Shown here in pieces: positions 1 through 9,525 of a stretch of DNA of 47,460 nucleotides. Position 1 is the stretch's first letter, and the number at the start of each line of letters is the position of its first letter. The position numbers and the translations under genes are program-made. Under the pieces are notes generated by a model. It saw only the letters and a program-made list of their open reading frames with translations. It had not been told where the DNA came from and did not search any database. Origin of the DNA: Kineosporiaceae bacterium (lineage in GTDB: Bacteria > Actinomycetota > Actinomycetes > Actinomycetales > Kineosporiaceae); NCBI GenBank assembly GCA_036745175.1, contig DAIOGQ010000001.1:1-47460 (forward strand), written 5' to 3'.

Positions 1-1
1 C

Positions 2-754
2 GACGGCACGGTCCGCGCGGTGGCGCAGGGTCTCGTCGGCACGGGTGTGGCCCTCGCCGTCGTGCCCGAGGGCACCGGCAACCTGCTCGTTCGCAACCTC
101 GACCTGCCGCTCGACGTCGACGCGGCGCTCGACGTGGCGGTCGACGGCGTCGACCGCCGGATCGACGTCGGCCGGCTGCACGGTGGCCCGGGCCCGGGCA
201 ACGGGGACGACGACGGTGAGGGCACCGTCTTCGCGGTCATGGCCGGCGCCGGCTTCGACGCCGCGATGATGCGCGAGGCGCCCGAGGGCCTCAAGACGGC
301 GGTCGGCTGGCCCGCCTACGTCGTCGGCGGGGTCCGCGGGCTGCGTCGCTCCCATGCACGCGTCGACCTGCGGGTCGACGGCGGGGCGCCGGTCCGGGCC
401 CGGGTCCGGACCGTCCTCGTAGGCAACATGGGGCGCCTCCAGGGCGGCCTGGACCTGCTCCCCGACGCCCGGCCCGACGACGGCCTCCTCGACGTCGCCC
501 TCGTCTCGGCGCGCCGTCCGCTGGACTGGGTCGTCCTCGGCTTCCGCGGGCTGACGGGCCGGCACAAGCCCGACCACCGGCTCCGCACGTGGCAGGCCCG
601 AGAGGTCGACGTCCGGATGCACCGGGCACAGCCACGGCAGGTCGACGGGGACCTCGTGGACGACGCCGACCACCTGCGGGTGAGCGTCGAGCCGGGCGCC
701 CTCGTCGTACGGGTGCCGCGGGTCGAGGCCGAGCCCGGGCAGCAGCAGCGATGA
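2..754 (+). CDS. Diacylglycerol kinase family (YegS/BmrU-like) lipid kinase, 5'-truncated by the window edge
   Basis: Frame is open from base 2 and reads DGTVRAVAQ (end of the GGDGT motif), then P-x-GTGN, GAGFDA, DDGLLDV and Q-x-DGD motifs; stop overlaps the next ATG (ATGA 751-754). Confidence 0.9.
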   Translation, partial: DGTVRAVAQGLVGTGVALAVVPEGTGNLLVRNLDLPLDVDAALDVAVDGVDRRIDVGRLHGGPGPGNGDDDGEGTVFAVMAGAGFDAAMMREAPEGLKTAVGWPAYVVGGVRGLRRSHARVDLRVDGGAPVRARVRTVLVGNMGRLQGGLDLLPDARPDDGLLDVALVSARRPLDWVVLGFRGLTGRHKPDHRLRTWQAREVDVRMHRAQPRQVDGDLVDDADHLRVSVEPGALVVRVPRVEAEPGQQQR

Positions 755-1797
755 GCACCGCGACCCGCGTCCCCGAGACGACCCGGCAGGCCGCCGACGA
801 GCTGTCCGCCGACGAGCTGTCCGCGGACGACGCCACCGCGACCCTGCGCCGGATCGGACGCTGGCACCTCATGCGGGACTCCTTCCGCCGCTTCCGCTAC
901 GGCGACGGCTTCACGTCCGCGCGGGCGCTCGGCTTCCAGTTCGTGCTGTCCTTCATCCCGCTCGTCATCGCCTTCGTCGGGCTGTCGTCCGCGGTGCAGA
1001 CCGATCGCGCCGCCGAGGTGCTCCGGCGCACCCTGCTCGCGCTGACGCCGGGCAGCGGCTCGGACGCCGTGACCCAGGCCCTCGAGCGCGGCGACAGCTC
1101 CTCGGGGGGTGCGGGACGGCTCGCCCTCACGGTCGGCCTCGGCACCGCGTTCGTCGCCCTGACGACCTCCATGGGGCAGATCGAGCGCGCGGCCAACCGG
1201 ATCTACGGCATCCAGCGCGACCGGCCGCCGCGCTCGAAGTACCTGAGAGCGGCCCTGCTCGCGCTCGGCGGCGGCATCCCGGCGATGCTCGGGTTCCTCG
1301 TGCTCGTCGCCGGCGGCACGCTCGTCGACAGCCTCGACTCCGTCTACGGCTGGAGCGACGGGCTGCACACCCTCGCCTGGTGGGTGCGCTGGCCGCTCGG
1401 CGCCGCGCTGGACCTGCTCGCGATCACCGTGATCTTCCGGCTGGCGCCACGCCGCCGTCAGCCGGGGATGTCATGGCTCGCCTTCGGCGCCGGGATCGCG
1501 CTCGCCCTGTGGCTCGTCTTCACCGGGCTCCTCGCGCTGTACGTCGCGACGTCCGCGTCGTTCGGCCAGGTCTACGGGCCGCTCACCGGGATCGTCGCGC
1601 TCCTGCTGTGGTCACAGCTCACGTCGGTCGCGCTGCTGCTCGGCGTCTCGTTCGGCGCCCAGCTCGAGGCGGTCCGGGCGGGGGTACCGTCCCCGGTCGC
1701 CACCGACCCGGAGAGCGGGCCCGGCTCGGACCGGCGCACGGTCGTCGTCCTCGCCCCGGAGCCGGCCTCGGACGACGCGAGCACCGCGCCCGGCTGA
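751..1797 (+). CDS. YihY / virulence factor BrkB family inner membrane protein
   Basis: About 6 hydrophobic helices; LSFIP, ANRIYG and SFGQVYGPLTGIVALLLW motifs typical of YihY; ATG coupled to upstream stop. Confidence 0.9.
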   Translation: MSTATRVPETTRQAADELSADELSADDATATLRRIGRWHLMRDSFRRFRYGDGFTSARALGFQFVLSFIPLVIAFVGLSSAVQTDRAAEVLRRTLLALTPGSGSDAVTQALERGDSSSGGAGRLALTVGLGTAFVALTTSMGQIERAANRIYGIQRDRPPRSKYLRAALLALGGGIPAMLGFLVLVAGGTLVDSLDSVYGWSDGLHTLAWWVRWPLGAALDLLAITVIFRLAPRRRQPGMSWLAFGAGIALALWLVFTGLLALYVATSASFGQVYGPLTGIVALLLWSQLTSVALLLGVSFGAQLEAVRAGVPSPVATDPESGPGSDRRTVVVLAPEPASDDASTAPG

Positions 1798-1817
1798 CCC
1801 GCGGTCCTGAGCGGGCG

Positions 1818-2786
1818 TCAGGGCGTCGGTCGACCCGTGAAGGCTGCGTCGAGGAACGCGCAGATCTCCGCACGGGCCTGGTGGGCGGCCGCGCCCGCCA
1901 CGCCGGCGAACGACACGAACCCGTGCGGCATCCCCTCGTAGCACGTGTACCGGACCGGCACGCCCGCCGCGGCGAGCGCGTCGGCGTAGCGACGGCCGTC
2001 GTCGACGATCGGGTCGTGCTCGGCGGTCTGGACGAGCGTCGGTGGCAGCCCCGCGTGCGATGCGGCGAGCAGCGGCGACACCCGGGGGTCGGTCGGGTCG
2101 CCGCCCGGGCCGAGGTAGTGACCCTGGTAGCCGAGGATGTCGTCGAGGTCGAGGATCGGTGCGTCCTTGAGCCGTTGGACCGACGGCGACGCCAGGGTCG
2201 CGTCGGTCGCCGGGTAGACGAGGGCCTGGGCCGCGATCGCCGGGCCGCCGCCGTCCCGGGCGAGCAGGCTGACGACCGCCGACAGGTTGCCGCCGGCGCT
2301 GTCGCCCATGACGGCCACCCGGGCGGGGTCGACACCGAGCCGGTCGGCATCCGCAACGAGGTCGGCGACGGCGGCGTAGCAGTCGAGGGCGGCCGTGGGG
2401 AACCGGTGCTCGGGCGCCATCCGGTACTCGACCGAGACGACGAGCGCGCCGGTCCGGGCCGCGACGCCGCTGCACAGCCAACCGGCCGACGCCGCGTTGC
2501 CGACGACCCAGCCACCGCCGTGGAAGTACACGACGAGCGGACGGCGCCCGGCGCCGGGCCCGGCAGCGCGGTAGGACGTCACGTCGAGCCGGGCGCCCCC
2601 GTCCCCGGCGACGGTCCCGGTCGAGACGCGGACGCCGCGTTCGGTCCGGCCGACGAACAGCGCGACCGGCCCGGTCGCCGGGCGCGCCCGGCGGGCCCGG
2701 GCGAGGTCCTGCGCCGTCATGGTCGCGATCGGTGTGCCCAGCACCCGGTCCACGAGCCGCGCGAACACCCGTACCCGTCGTGACAT
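1818..2786 (-). CDS. Alpha/beta hydrolase, hormone-sensitive lipase-like esterase (family IV)
   Basis: HGGGW oxyanion motif, YRMAPEHRFP, GDSAGG nucleophile elbow, E-x-D-P-I acid, HGF catalytic His; start chosen at MSRRVR. Confidence 0.92.
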   Translation of the reverse strand: MSRRVRVFARLVDRVLGTPIATMTAQDLARARRARPATGPVALFVGRTERGVRVSTGTVAGDGGARLDVTSYRAAGPGAGRRPLVVYFHGGGWVVGNAASAGWLCSGVAARTGALVVSVEYRMAPEHRFPTAALDCYAAVADLVADADRLGVDPARVAVMGDSAGGNLSAVVSLLARDGGGPAIAAQALVYPATDATLASPSVQRLKDAPILDLDDILGYQGHYLGPGGDPTDPRVSPLLAASHAGLPPTLVQTAEHDPIVDDGRRYADALAAAGVPVRYTCYEGMPHGFVSFAGVAGAAAHQARAEICAFLDAAFTGRPTP

Positions 2787-2939
2787 CCGCACGGTGTCCA
2801 CCCCTTCTCGGCGTCCGGAGGTCACCCTTGCGCCGGGAGGCGCGCGCGGCAAGCCGCCGGACCGGTGCAGGACGGTGCAGCAGCCCCGCGGCGGGGTACC
2901 GGTTCGCCGCACCGGCCAGGTCGCGGCGAGAATGGGACC

Positions 2940-3395
2940 GTGCTCACCGTCGATCTCGCGCGTCGTCTGCACCGGGCCGGCCTGCGGTGGACCCCCTCCC
3001 CGGGCGACCGCTTCGTCCTGCCCGACCGCGGCATGGACGAGGACGTCTTCGTCATCTCCGACATGACCGTCGAGGTGCACCGGTTCCCGACGGCCACCGT
3101 CATCGGGTTCAACGGCACGACCGAGTGGGCGCTGGACTCCGTCGAGCAGGCCGACGCGCTGTGGCTGCCGCTGGAGCACCAGCTCCGTGCCCTGCTCGGC
3201 GGGATCTTCCGGGCGCTGCGCCGCGACGGCGACACCTGGGCCGTCGAGCTCGCGCTCCCGGACGGCGCGGACGGTCAGCGGCTGCACCGCGTCACGGGCC
3301 CCACCCCGGAGGCGACGTACGCGGTCGCGCTCGCCGAGGTCCTCGAGGAGGTCGGTGCCGCGACCACGGAGCGCCGTCAGGGGTCGCAGGCATGA
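2940..3395 (+). CDS. Conserved actinobacterial hypothetical protein
   Basis: GC3-biased ORF with globular composition (LARRLHRAGLRWTPSPGDRF, IGFNGTTEWALDS); GAGAAT -10-like hexamer 6 nt before the GTG; stop overlaps the next ATG. Confidence 0.75.
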   Translation: MLTVDLARRLHRAGLRWTPSPGDRFVLPDRGMDEDVFVISDMTVEVHRFPTATVIGFNGTTEWALDSVEQADALWLPLEHQLRALLGGIFRALRRDGDTWAVELALPDGADGQRLHRVTGPTPEATYAVALAEVLEEVGAATTERRQGSQA

Positions 3396-4456
3396 CGGCC
3401 ACCGACGGACCGGGGACGACGTCGGCGCCGACGTCGGCGGGCGACCCGCCCGGCGTCGACCTCACGGCGCTGGCCGCCCACCTGCGCACGGCCCGGCCGG
3501 ACCTCGCGACCGGGCCGCTCACGGCGACCCTCGTCGCGGGCGGCCGCTCGAACCTCACCTACCGGGTCAGCGACGGGCGGACGGCGTTCGTCCTGCGCCG
3601 GCCACCGCTCGGCCACGTGCTCGCCACGGCGCACGACATGGCGCGCGAGCACCGGGTCATCAGCGCGCTGGCCGACGGGCCGGTGCCTGTCCCGCAGCCG
3701 CTCCTGCTCTGCACGGACGAGTCGGTCGTCGGAGCGCCGTTCTACCTCATGGAGCTCGTCGACGGCGTCGTCCTGCGCGACGCGGACGACCTGGTCGGGC
3801 TCGACGCCGCGGGCAGGAAGGCGCTCGGGGAGCGCCTCGTCGACGTCCTCGCCGACCTGCACGGGCTGGACGTCCGCGCGACCGGCCTGGCGGACCTCGG
3901 CCGGCCCGAGGGCTACCTCGAGCGGCAGGTCCGGCGCTGGGGACGCCAGCTCGACGCCTCGCGCAGCCGGGACGTCGCGGGGATCGACGTGCTCCGTGAG
4001 GGGCTCGCTGCGGCGGTGCCGGCGTCCGGCGCGGCCACGGTGCTGCACGGCGACTACCGGCTCGACAACGTCATGGTCGACCGGGCGGACCCGCGGCGGA
4101 TCGCGGCCGTCCTCGACTGGGAGATGGCGACGCTCGGCGACCCGCTGGCCGACCTCGGCCTGCTCGTCGTCTACCGGACGCGGCCGGCGGCCGCCGGCGA
4201 CCCCGTCTCCGACGCGATGACGGCCCCCGGCTTCCCCTCCGCCGGCGAGCTCGTCGCCCGCTACGCCGAGCGTACGGGCGCGGACGTCTCGGCCCTCGGC
4301 TGGTACGTCGCGTTCGGCTCCTTCAAGCTCGCCGTGATCCTCGAGGGCATCCACGTCCGCTTCGTTCAGGGCCAGACCGTGGGCGCCGGCTTCGACCGGA
4401 TCGGCGACCTCGTGGAGCCGCTCGTCGCCTCAGGGCTGACCGCCCTGCGCGGGTAG
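3392..4456 (+). CDS. APH/choline-kinase-like phosphotransferase (ACAD10/11 N-terminal type)
   Basis: GGRSNLTY, LRRPP, AHDMARE, HGDYRLDN (Brenner motif), LDWEMATLGDPLADLG. Confidence 0.92.
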   Translation: MTATDGPGTTSAPTSAGDPPGVDLTALAAHLRTARPDLATGPLTATLVAGGRSNLTYRVSDGRTAFVLRRPPLGHVLATAHDMAREHRVISALADGPVPVPQPLLLCTDESVVGAPFYLMELVDGVVLRDADDLVGLDAAGRKALGERLVDVLADLHGLDVRATGLADLGRPEGYLERQVRRWGRQLDASRSRDVAGIDVLREGLAAAVPASGAATVLHGDYRLDNVMVDRADPRRIAAVLDWEMATLGDPLADLGLLVVYRTRPAAAGDPVSDAMTAPGFPSAGELVARYAERTGADVSALGWYVAFGSFKLAVILEGIHVRFVQGQTVGAGFDRIGDLVEPLVASGLTALRG

Positions 4457-4473
4457 CGGTCGGGCCCGCCCCG

Positions 4474-5400
4474 TCACCCCTCGCCGCGGCCCCGACGGTC
4501 GTTCTCTTCGGCCAGGAACCGCTCGAGTTCGGCCCCGAGCTCGTCGGCGGTCGGCAGCGCGGCCGTCTCGTCGGCCAGCAGCGAGCGGCCGCGACCGGCG
4601 ACGAACGCGTCGTACTGCTCCTCGAGCGCGGCGACGACGGCCTTCACCTCGGGCTGGTCCTCGATCTGCGACTCGACGGACGCCCGGACCTCCTCGCCGG
4701 ACGTCAGCAGCCGCTGCGTCGGCAGGTCGAGCCCGCCGAGCGCTGCGACGTGAGAGACGAGCGCCGCGGCGGCGTCCGGGTACTCGGCCTGCGCCAGGTA
4801 GTGCGGCACGTGGACGGCGTACCCGACCGCGTCCCGGCCCGCCTCGCCCAGCCGCAGCTCGAGCAGCGCGCCGACGTTGCCCGGAACCTGGACCCGGCCG
4901 ACCCACGGCGGGAAGCCCTCGACGAGCTCCGGCCGGGTCGCGTGCGCGGTGACGCCGACGGGACGGGTGTGCGGCACCGCCATCGGGATCGCGTGGACCC
5001 CGACCGTCACCCGGACGGCGTAGCGCTCGACGAGCGCGCCGACGGCGGCGACGAACCGCTCCCACTGCACGTCGGGCTCCGGTCCCGTGAGCATGAGGAA
5101 CGGGGTCCCGCCGGTGTCTCGGACCAGGCTGAGCTCGAGGTGCGGCCCCTCGTAGGACTCCCAGCGGGTCTCGGCGAAGATCATCGGCGGCCGGCGGGCC
5201 CGGTAGTCGAAGACCTGGTCGATGTCGAACCGGGCGATGACCCGGTTCGGCAGCACGTCGAGCAGGTGCGCGGCGGCGAGCCGGCCCGCCTGGCCGGCGT
5301 CGATGAAGCCGCCGAGAGCGTGCAGCAGCAGCGGAGTTCCGAGCTCGTCGGCAGTCGGCTGGTCGGGGTCGAGCTCGAACAGACCCTGAGGGTCGAGCAC
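4474..5400 (-). CDS. PAC2 family proteasome assembly chaperone homologue
   Basis: GFIDAG, FDYRARRP, GPEPD-x-x-WE, PMAVPHTRP, HVPHYL, LEEQYD, LPTADELGAELERFL motifs. Confidence 0.92.
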   Translation of the reverse strand: MLDPQGLFELDPDQPTADELGTPLLLHALGGFIDAGQAGRLAAAHLLDVLPNRVIARFDIDQVFDYRARRPPMIFAETRWESYEGPHLELSLVRDTGGTPFLMLTGPEPDVQWERFVAAVGALVERYAVRVTVGVHAIPMAVPHTRPVGVTAHATRPELVEGFPPWVGRVQVPGNVGALLELRLGEAGRDAVGYAVHVPHYLAQAEYPDAAAALVSHVAALGGLDLPTQRLLTSGEEVRASVESQIEDQPEVKAVVAALEEQYDAFVAGRGRSLLADETAALPTADELGAELERFLAEENDRRGRGEG

Positions 5401-5439
5401 GGCAGGTCACGCCCTTTCGAAGAGGTACACCACCCATGG

Positions 5440-5814
5440 TCAACCCCCACGGGCGGTCGACGCATCCCACGACGCGCCAGGAGGGCCGGTGCGGCCGGCC
5501 GCCGCACCCGCGTCCGCGGCGCGTTCGGCCCCCTCGTAGGCCGCCCCGGCGAGGGCCAGCAGGGCGGCCGCCTCGCGAGCGTCGTCGACGAGCCGGGCGA
5601 GCGCGACGTCGAGGACGGCGGCGAACCGTCCGAGGGCGTCGGGCAGGGCGCCGTCGAGCGCCCAGCCGGCGCCGTCGGCGGCCCGCGCGCCGGTGCGACG
5701 GGCGTCGAAGCAGCCGCGGGCGACCGCGGCGTGCGCCTGCGAGGCGGTGAGGACCGCCGTCGTGTCCACGGCGACGCGGGCCGTCGCGGGGTGGGGAACT
5801 CCTGCTCCGGGCAC
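5440..5814 (-). CDS. Small Ala-rich helical protein, possible WXG100-like type VII secretion substrate
   Basis: 124 aa, amphipathic Ala-rich helices, central Trp (GAGWALDG), C-terminal AAYEGAE (YxxxE); TAGCGT -10 hexamer 6 nt upstream of the GTG supports a leaderless start. Confidence 0.55.
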   Translation of the reverse strand: MPGAGVPHPATARVAVDTTAVLTASQAHAAVARGCFDARRTGARAADGAGWALDGALPDALGRFAAVLDVALARLVDDAREAAALLALAGAAYEGAERAADAGAAAGRTGPPGASWDASTARGG

Positions 5815-6030
5815 CCCTTCACGCTAACCGTGACGGGGCCCCGGCTTCCGCCGTCGTCCACAGGCCTGGTCGGCGACTCTGCGTGCACCTGCAGTCGCCT
5901 GCGGGCACGCTGCGTCATCGCCACGACCCGTCTCGGTACTACGACGTTCGGACACCTCGCCACGGGTAGCCGTCACCCTGCACGCTGGCTACCTGAGACG
6001 GGCTCTCAGGCAACCGGAGGGGCGACGGGC

Positions 6031-7542
6031 ATGTCCGCGAGCACATCCGACGGCGAGGCGGGGCTGGCCCCCTGGCCGGTCGTGTCCGGGCGCTCCGACG
6101 CGAGCTGGGAGGAGACCCTCACCGGTACCCCGGCCCTGGGGATCCGGCTCGGCCGGGTCCACCGGGCGGTCCTCGCCGACGGGTCCGATCCCGCCAACGC
6201 GCCGGTGCGCGCCCTCACCCGGCGCCGCGTCCTGGTCCGGTTCGTCGCGCTCAACGCAGCGACGTTCCTCGTGCTCGGCGCCCTCGGGGTCGCGCTGTCG
6301 CTCGCCGCGGCCCGCCGGGAGGCGATCCTCGACGCCGGACGCGCGACGAACATCCTCGCCGAGAGCGTGCTGCAGGTGAGCGACATCCCGACCGGGCTCA
6401 CCTCCGACGACCCCGCCGCACGGGCCCGGGCGCGCGCCGTCATCGACAAGATCGTCAAGCAGCGGGTACTGAGCGACGACGTCGTCCGGGTCAAGATCTG
6501 GGCGGCCGACGGGACGATCGTCTACTCCGACGAGCCCGACCTCGTCGAGCGGCGCTTCGTCCTCGGCGCGGAGGAGATGGAGGCGATCGAGAAGCACCTC
6601 TCGGACGCCGAGATCTCCGACCTGGCCGGGCCTGAGAACATCTACGAGCAGGGCCAGGGCACGCTGCTCGAGGTCTACCGGCCGATCTGGACACCCGAGG
6701 GCGAGACGCTCCTGTTCGAGACGTACTCACGGTTCAGCAGCGTCAGCAAGCGCGCCCAGGAGATCTTCAAGACGTTCACGCCGGTCACGCTCGGCACCGC
6801 GCTGCTCCTCTCGCTGGCGCAGTGGCCGCTCATCCGCTGGACGACGGGTCAGCTCGAGATCGTCCGCCGCGAGCGCGAGCGCCTCCTCGAGCGCGCCCGC
6901 GCCGCCGCCGACGAGGAGCGCCGCCGGATCGCCGCCAACCTCCACGACGGCGTCGTCCAGGACCTCACGGGCGCCTCGCTCGTCGTCGCCGCCGCCGCGG
7001 CCGGGGCCCGGCGCTCGGGGGCCGACGCCCTCGCCCACGACATCTCCGGGGCCGCCTCGACGGTCCGCGAGAGCCTGCGCAGCCTGCGCTCGACCCTCGT
7101 GTCGATCTACCCGCCGGCTCTGCGTCAAGCGGGGCTGTCGGGTGCGCTCACCGACCTGGTCGCCCCGCTGCGGGCGCGCGGCACCGAGGTCGTCCTCGAC
7201 ATCCCCGACGAGGTCGACCTGCCGCCGGCGATCGAGTCGCTGCTCTTCCGGGTCGCGCAGGAGGCCGTCCGGAACGCCTCCAAGCACGCATCCGCACGCA
7301 ACGTCACCCTGACCGTGGACGTGGACCGGGCCGCCCGCACGGCCGGCCTCGAGGTGGTCGATGATGGGCACGGCTTCGACCTCCCGACGGCAGACCGGCT
7401 CACCGAGCCGACCGAGCGGGACGACGGGTCGCACCTCGGTTTCGCACTCCTCGCCGACGTGGCGCGCAGCGCCGGGGCGCGGCTCGAGGTCGCGAGCGCG
7501 GCGGGCGCCGGCACCAGCGTCCGGGTGGAGGTGGGCTGGTAG
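6031..7542 (+). CDS. Two-component sensor histidine kinase (HisKA_3 / NarX-like)
   Basis: Two TM segments flanking a sensor domain; H-box ERRRIAANLHDGVVQDL, N-box QEAVRNASKHA, G1 DDGHGF; GGAGG upstream. Confidence 0.92.
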   Translation: MSASTSDGEAGLAPWPVVSGRSDASWEETLTGTPALGIRLGRVHRAVLADGSDPANAPVRALTRRRVLVRFVALNAATFLVLGALGVALSLAAARREAILDAGRATNILAESVLQVSDIPTGLTSDDPAARARARAVIDKIVKQRVLSDDVVRVKIWAADGTIVYSDEPDLVERRFVLGAEEMEAIEKHLSDAEISDLAGPENIYEQGQGTLLEVYRPIWTPEGETLLFETYSRFSSVSKRAQEIFKTFTPVTLGTALLLSLAQWPLIRWTTGQLEIVRRERERLLERARAAADEERRRIAANLHDGVVQDLTGASLVVAAAAAGARRSGADALAHDISGAASTVRESLRSLRSTLVSIYPPALRQAGLSGALTDLVAPLRARGTEVVLDIPDEVDLPPAIESLLFRVAQEAVRNASKHASARNVTLTVDVDRAARTAGLEVVDDGHGFDLPTADRLTEPTERDDGSHLGFALLADVARSAGARLEVASAAGAGTSVRVEVGW

Positions 7543-8162
7543 TGATCCGTGTCGTGCTCGTCGACGACCACAAGATCGTCCGGGCCGGGCTCGTCTCTCT
7601 CCTCGAGGCCCACGAGGACATCACCGTCGTCGGGACCGCCCAGGACGGCACCGAGGCGCTCGACGTCGTCTCGGCGACCCTGCCGGACGTCGTCCTCATG
7701 GATCTGTCGATGCCGAAGACCGACGGGGTCTCGGCGACCCGGGCGATCGTGGCCGCCCACCCGGACGTCCAGGTCGTCGTCCTCACCTCGTTCGCGGACG
7801 CCGAGCGCGTGCACGACGCGCTCGACGCGGGCGCCGTGGGGTACCTGCTCAAGGACACCGACCCCGACGACCTCGTCGCCGGGATCCGGTCCGTGGTCAC
7901 CGGCGGCGCCCCTCTCGACCCTCGGGTGGCCCGCACCGTGCTCACGCACCGGCCCCGGGCCCAGGCGACGGAGCTGACCGGTCGCGAGACCGAGGTGCTG
8001 CGCCTGGTCGGGCAAGGTCTGGCGAACAAGCAGATCGCGCGCATCCTCGGGATCTCCGAGCGCACCGTGAAGGCCCACCTGACGAACGCGTTCGGGCGGA
8101 TCGGCGTCGCGGACCGCACGTCCGCCGCGCTCTGGGTGCAGCGCAACCTCGCCGAGGAGTGA
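7542..8162 (+). CDS. NarL/LuxR family response regulator
   Basis: VDDH, DVVLMDLSMP (phospho-Asp), GYLLKD, LuxR HTH LTGRETEVL...NKQIA...SERTVKAH; start overlaps kinase stop. Confidence 0.95.
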   Translation: MIRVVLVDDHKIVRAGLVSLLEAHEDITVVGTAQDGTEALDVVSATLPDVVLMDLSMPKTDGVSATRAIVAAHPDVQVVVLTSFADAERVHDALDAGAVGYLLKDTDPDDLVAGIRSVVTGGAPLDPRVARTVLTHRPRAQATELTGRETEVLRLVGQGLANKQIARILGISERTVKAHLTNAFGRIGVADRTSAALWVQRNLAEE

Positions 8163-8192
8163 CCCCGCCGCCGCGTCGTGCTCGCGCCTGCG

Positions 8193-8221
8193 TTGACACG
8201 TCGGCGGGGCGGAGGGATGCT
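8193..8221 (+). promoter_or_regulatory. Sigma70/HrdB-type promoter of the ROK gene
   Basis: TTGACA (8193-8198), 17 bp spacer, GATGCT (8216-8221). Confidence 0.5.
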
Positions 8222-8262
8222 CTGCGATCACGAAAGGTTGTTCCCAGATCCGGAGCCGACTG

Positions 8263-9525
8263 ATGCGCGAGGACCGACGCCGGGTCCCCGGACGTCCCCG
8301 CCTCCTGCGCACGCTCAACGACCGGCTCGCGCTGGAGCTCCTCATCGAGGCCGGGCCGCTGACCCGTCAGCAGGTCAGCGACCGCACCGGGCTGTCCCGG
8401 CCCACCGCCTCCCTCATGCTCACGCGGCTCGAAGCCGGCGGGCTCGTCGTCCGGGCCGGGACGGCGGCGGGCGGCCGCGGCCCGCTCGCCGCCGTCTACG
8501 ACGTCCCGCCGCGGAGCATCCTGTCCGCCGCGCTCGACGTCCGGCCGGGCGGCGCCCGGGCCGCGATCCTCGATGTGGCCGGTGAGGTCCTCGGCCGGGC
8601 GACGGTCGCCGTCGATCCCTGCGCGGACGCCGGGCACACCGTCTCCGGCGTGCTCGAGGCCGCCTGCGCCCCCGCGGGCGTCCGTCCGCGGGACCTCGCC
8701 CACGTCGTCGTCGGCGTCGGTGCCGCGTACGACCACGAGGCCGACGTCCTGGCCAACGTCGAGCACCTGCCCGGCTGGCGCTCCCCCGGCGTGGGCCGGT
8801 CCGTCGGCGGCCGGCTCGGCGTCGCGGTGCACCTGGAGAACGACGTCAACCTCGCCCACGCCGGCGAGCGGGCGGCGCGCACCGGCGGGCCGGACGGACC
8901 GCTGCCCGACGGCGCCGCTCTGCTGTGGTTCGGCGACGGCGTGGGACTCGCCGTCGACCTCGGCGGCCGGCTGCACCGCGGCGCGTCCGGCCGGGCCGGT
9001 GAGATCGGGTACGTCCTCGCCCCGCCTCCCGAGGGCGACGGACGGCGCGACGTGCAGTCCCTCCTCGGCGGTCCGGCCCTCGTCGCGCACGCGGCGGCCT
9101 TCGGCCTGACGCGCGCCGGCGACCGGCCAGCCGACGGAGCCGACGGCCTTGCGGCGTGGGCGGACTGCGGCGACGTCGTCGCACAGGCGGTCTCCCTCGC
9201 CCGCAGCGACGAGCGCGGGCGCGGGGCGCGCCCCTTCCTCGCGGACGTCGCGGCGCGCCTGGCCGCGGTCCTCGAGCCGGTCCTGGCCGTCCTGGACCCC
9301 TCGGTCGTGGTCCTGGCCGGACCGGGCGGGACGGCCGGTGGCGGGCTTCTCGCCGGTCTCGTGGAGAGCGACGTCCGCGCGACGGCGCGGTGGTTCGGTC
9401 GGGTGCTGCCGACACTGGCAGGCCCGGACGCCGTCCTCCTCGGCGGCCGCGCCCGCGCGACCCGGATCACCCGGGAGAGCCTCCTCGCGCGGGTGGGCAC
9501 GACCGTCGAGCCGGTGGCCACGTGA
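8263..9525 (+). CDS. ROK family transcriptional regulator
   Basis: N-terminal HTH (LLRTLNDR...TGLSRPTAS), ENDVNLA, G-x-G-x-G, G-x-x-G-x-AGEIGY. Confidence 0.92.
   Translation: MREDRRRVPGRPRLLRTLNDRLALELLIEAGPLTRQQVSDRTGLSRPTASLMLTRLEAGGLVVRAGTAAGGRGPLAAVYDVPPRSILSAALDVRPGGARAAILDVAGEVLGRATVAVDPCADAGHTVSGVLEAACAPAGVRPRDLAHVVVGVGAAYDHEADVLANVEHLPGWRSPGVGRSVGGRLGVAVHLENDVNLAHAGERAARTGGPDGPLPDGAALLWFGDGVGLAVDLGGRLHRGASGRAGEIGYVLAPPPEGDGRRDVQSLLGGPALVAHAAAFGLTRAGDRPADGADGLAAWADCGDVVAQAVSLARSDERGRGARPFLADVAARLAAVLEPVLAVLDPSVVVLAGPGGTAGGGLLAGLVESDVRATARWFGRVLPTLAGPDAVLLGGRARATRITRESLLARVGTTVEPVAT

Noticed and set aside
796..825. 15-bp tandem duplication in the yihY 5' region, and GDPGGP repeats in the PBP N-terminus (about 13640-13695)
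   Set aside because: Ordinary in-frame slippage in disordered protein ends
5990..6015. Glycine riboswitch (CTCTCAGG motif)
   Set aside because: The upstream GGAGA and CCGAAG elements are missing and the downstream gene is a sensor kinase
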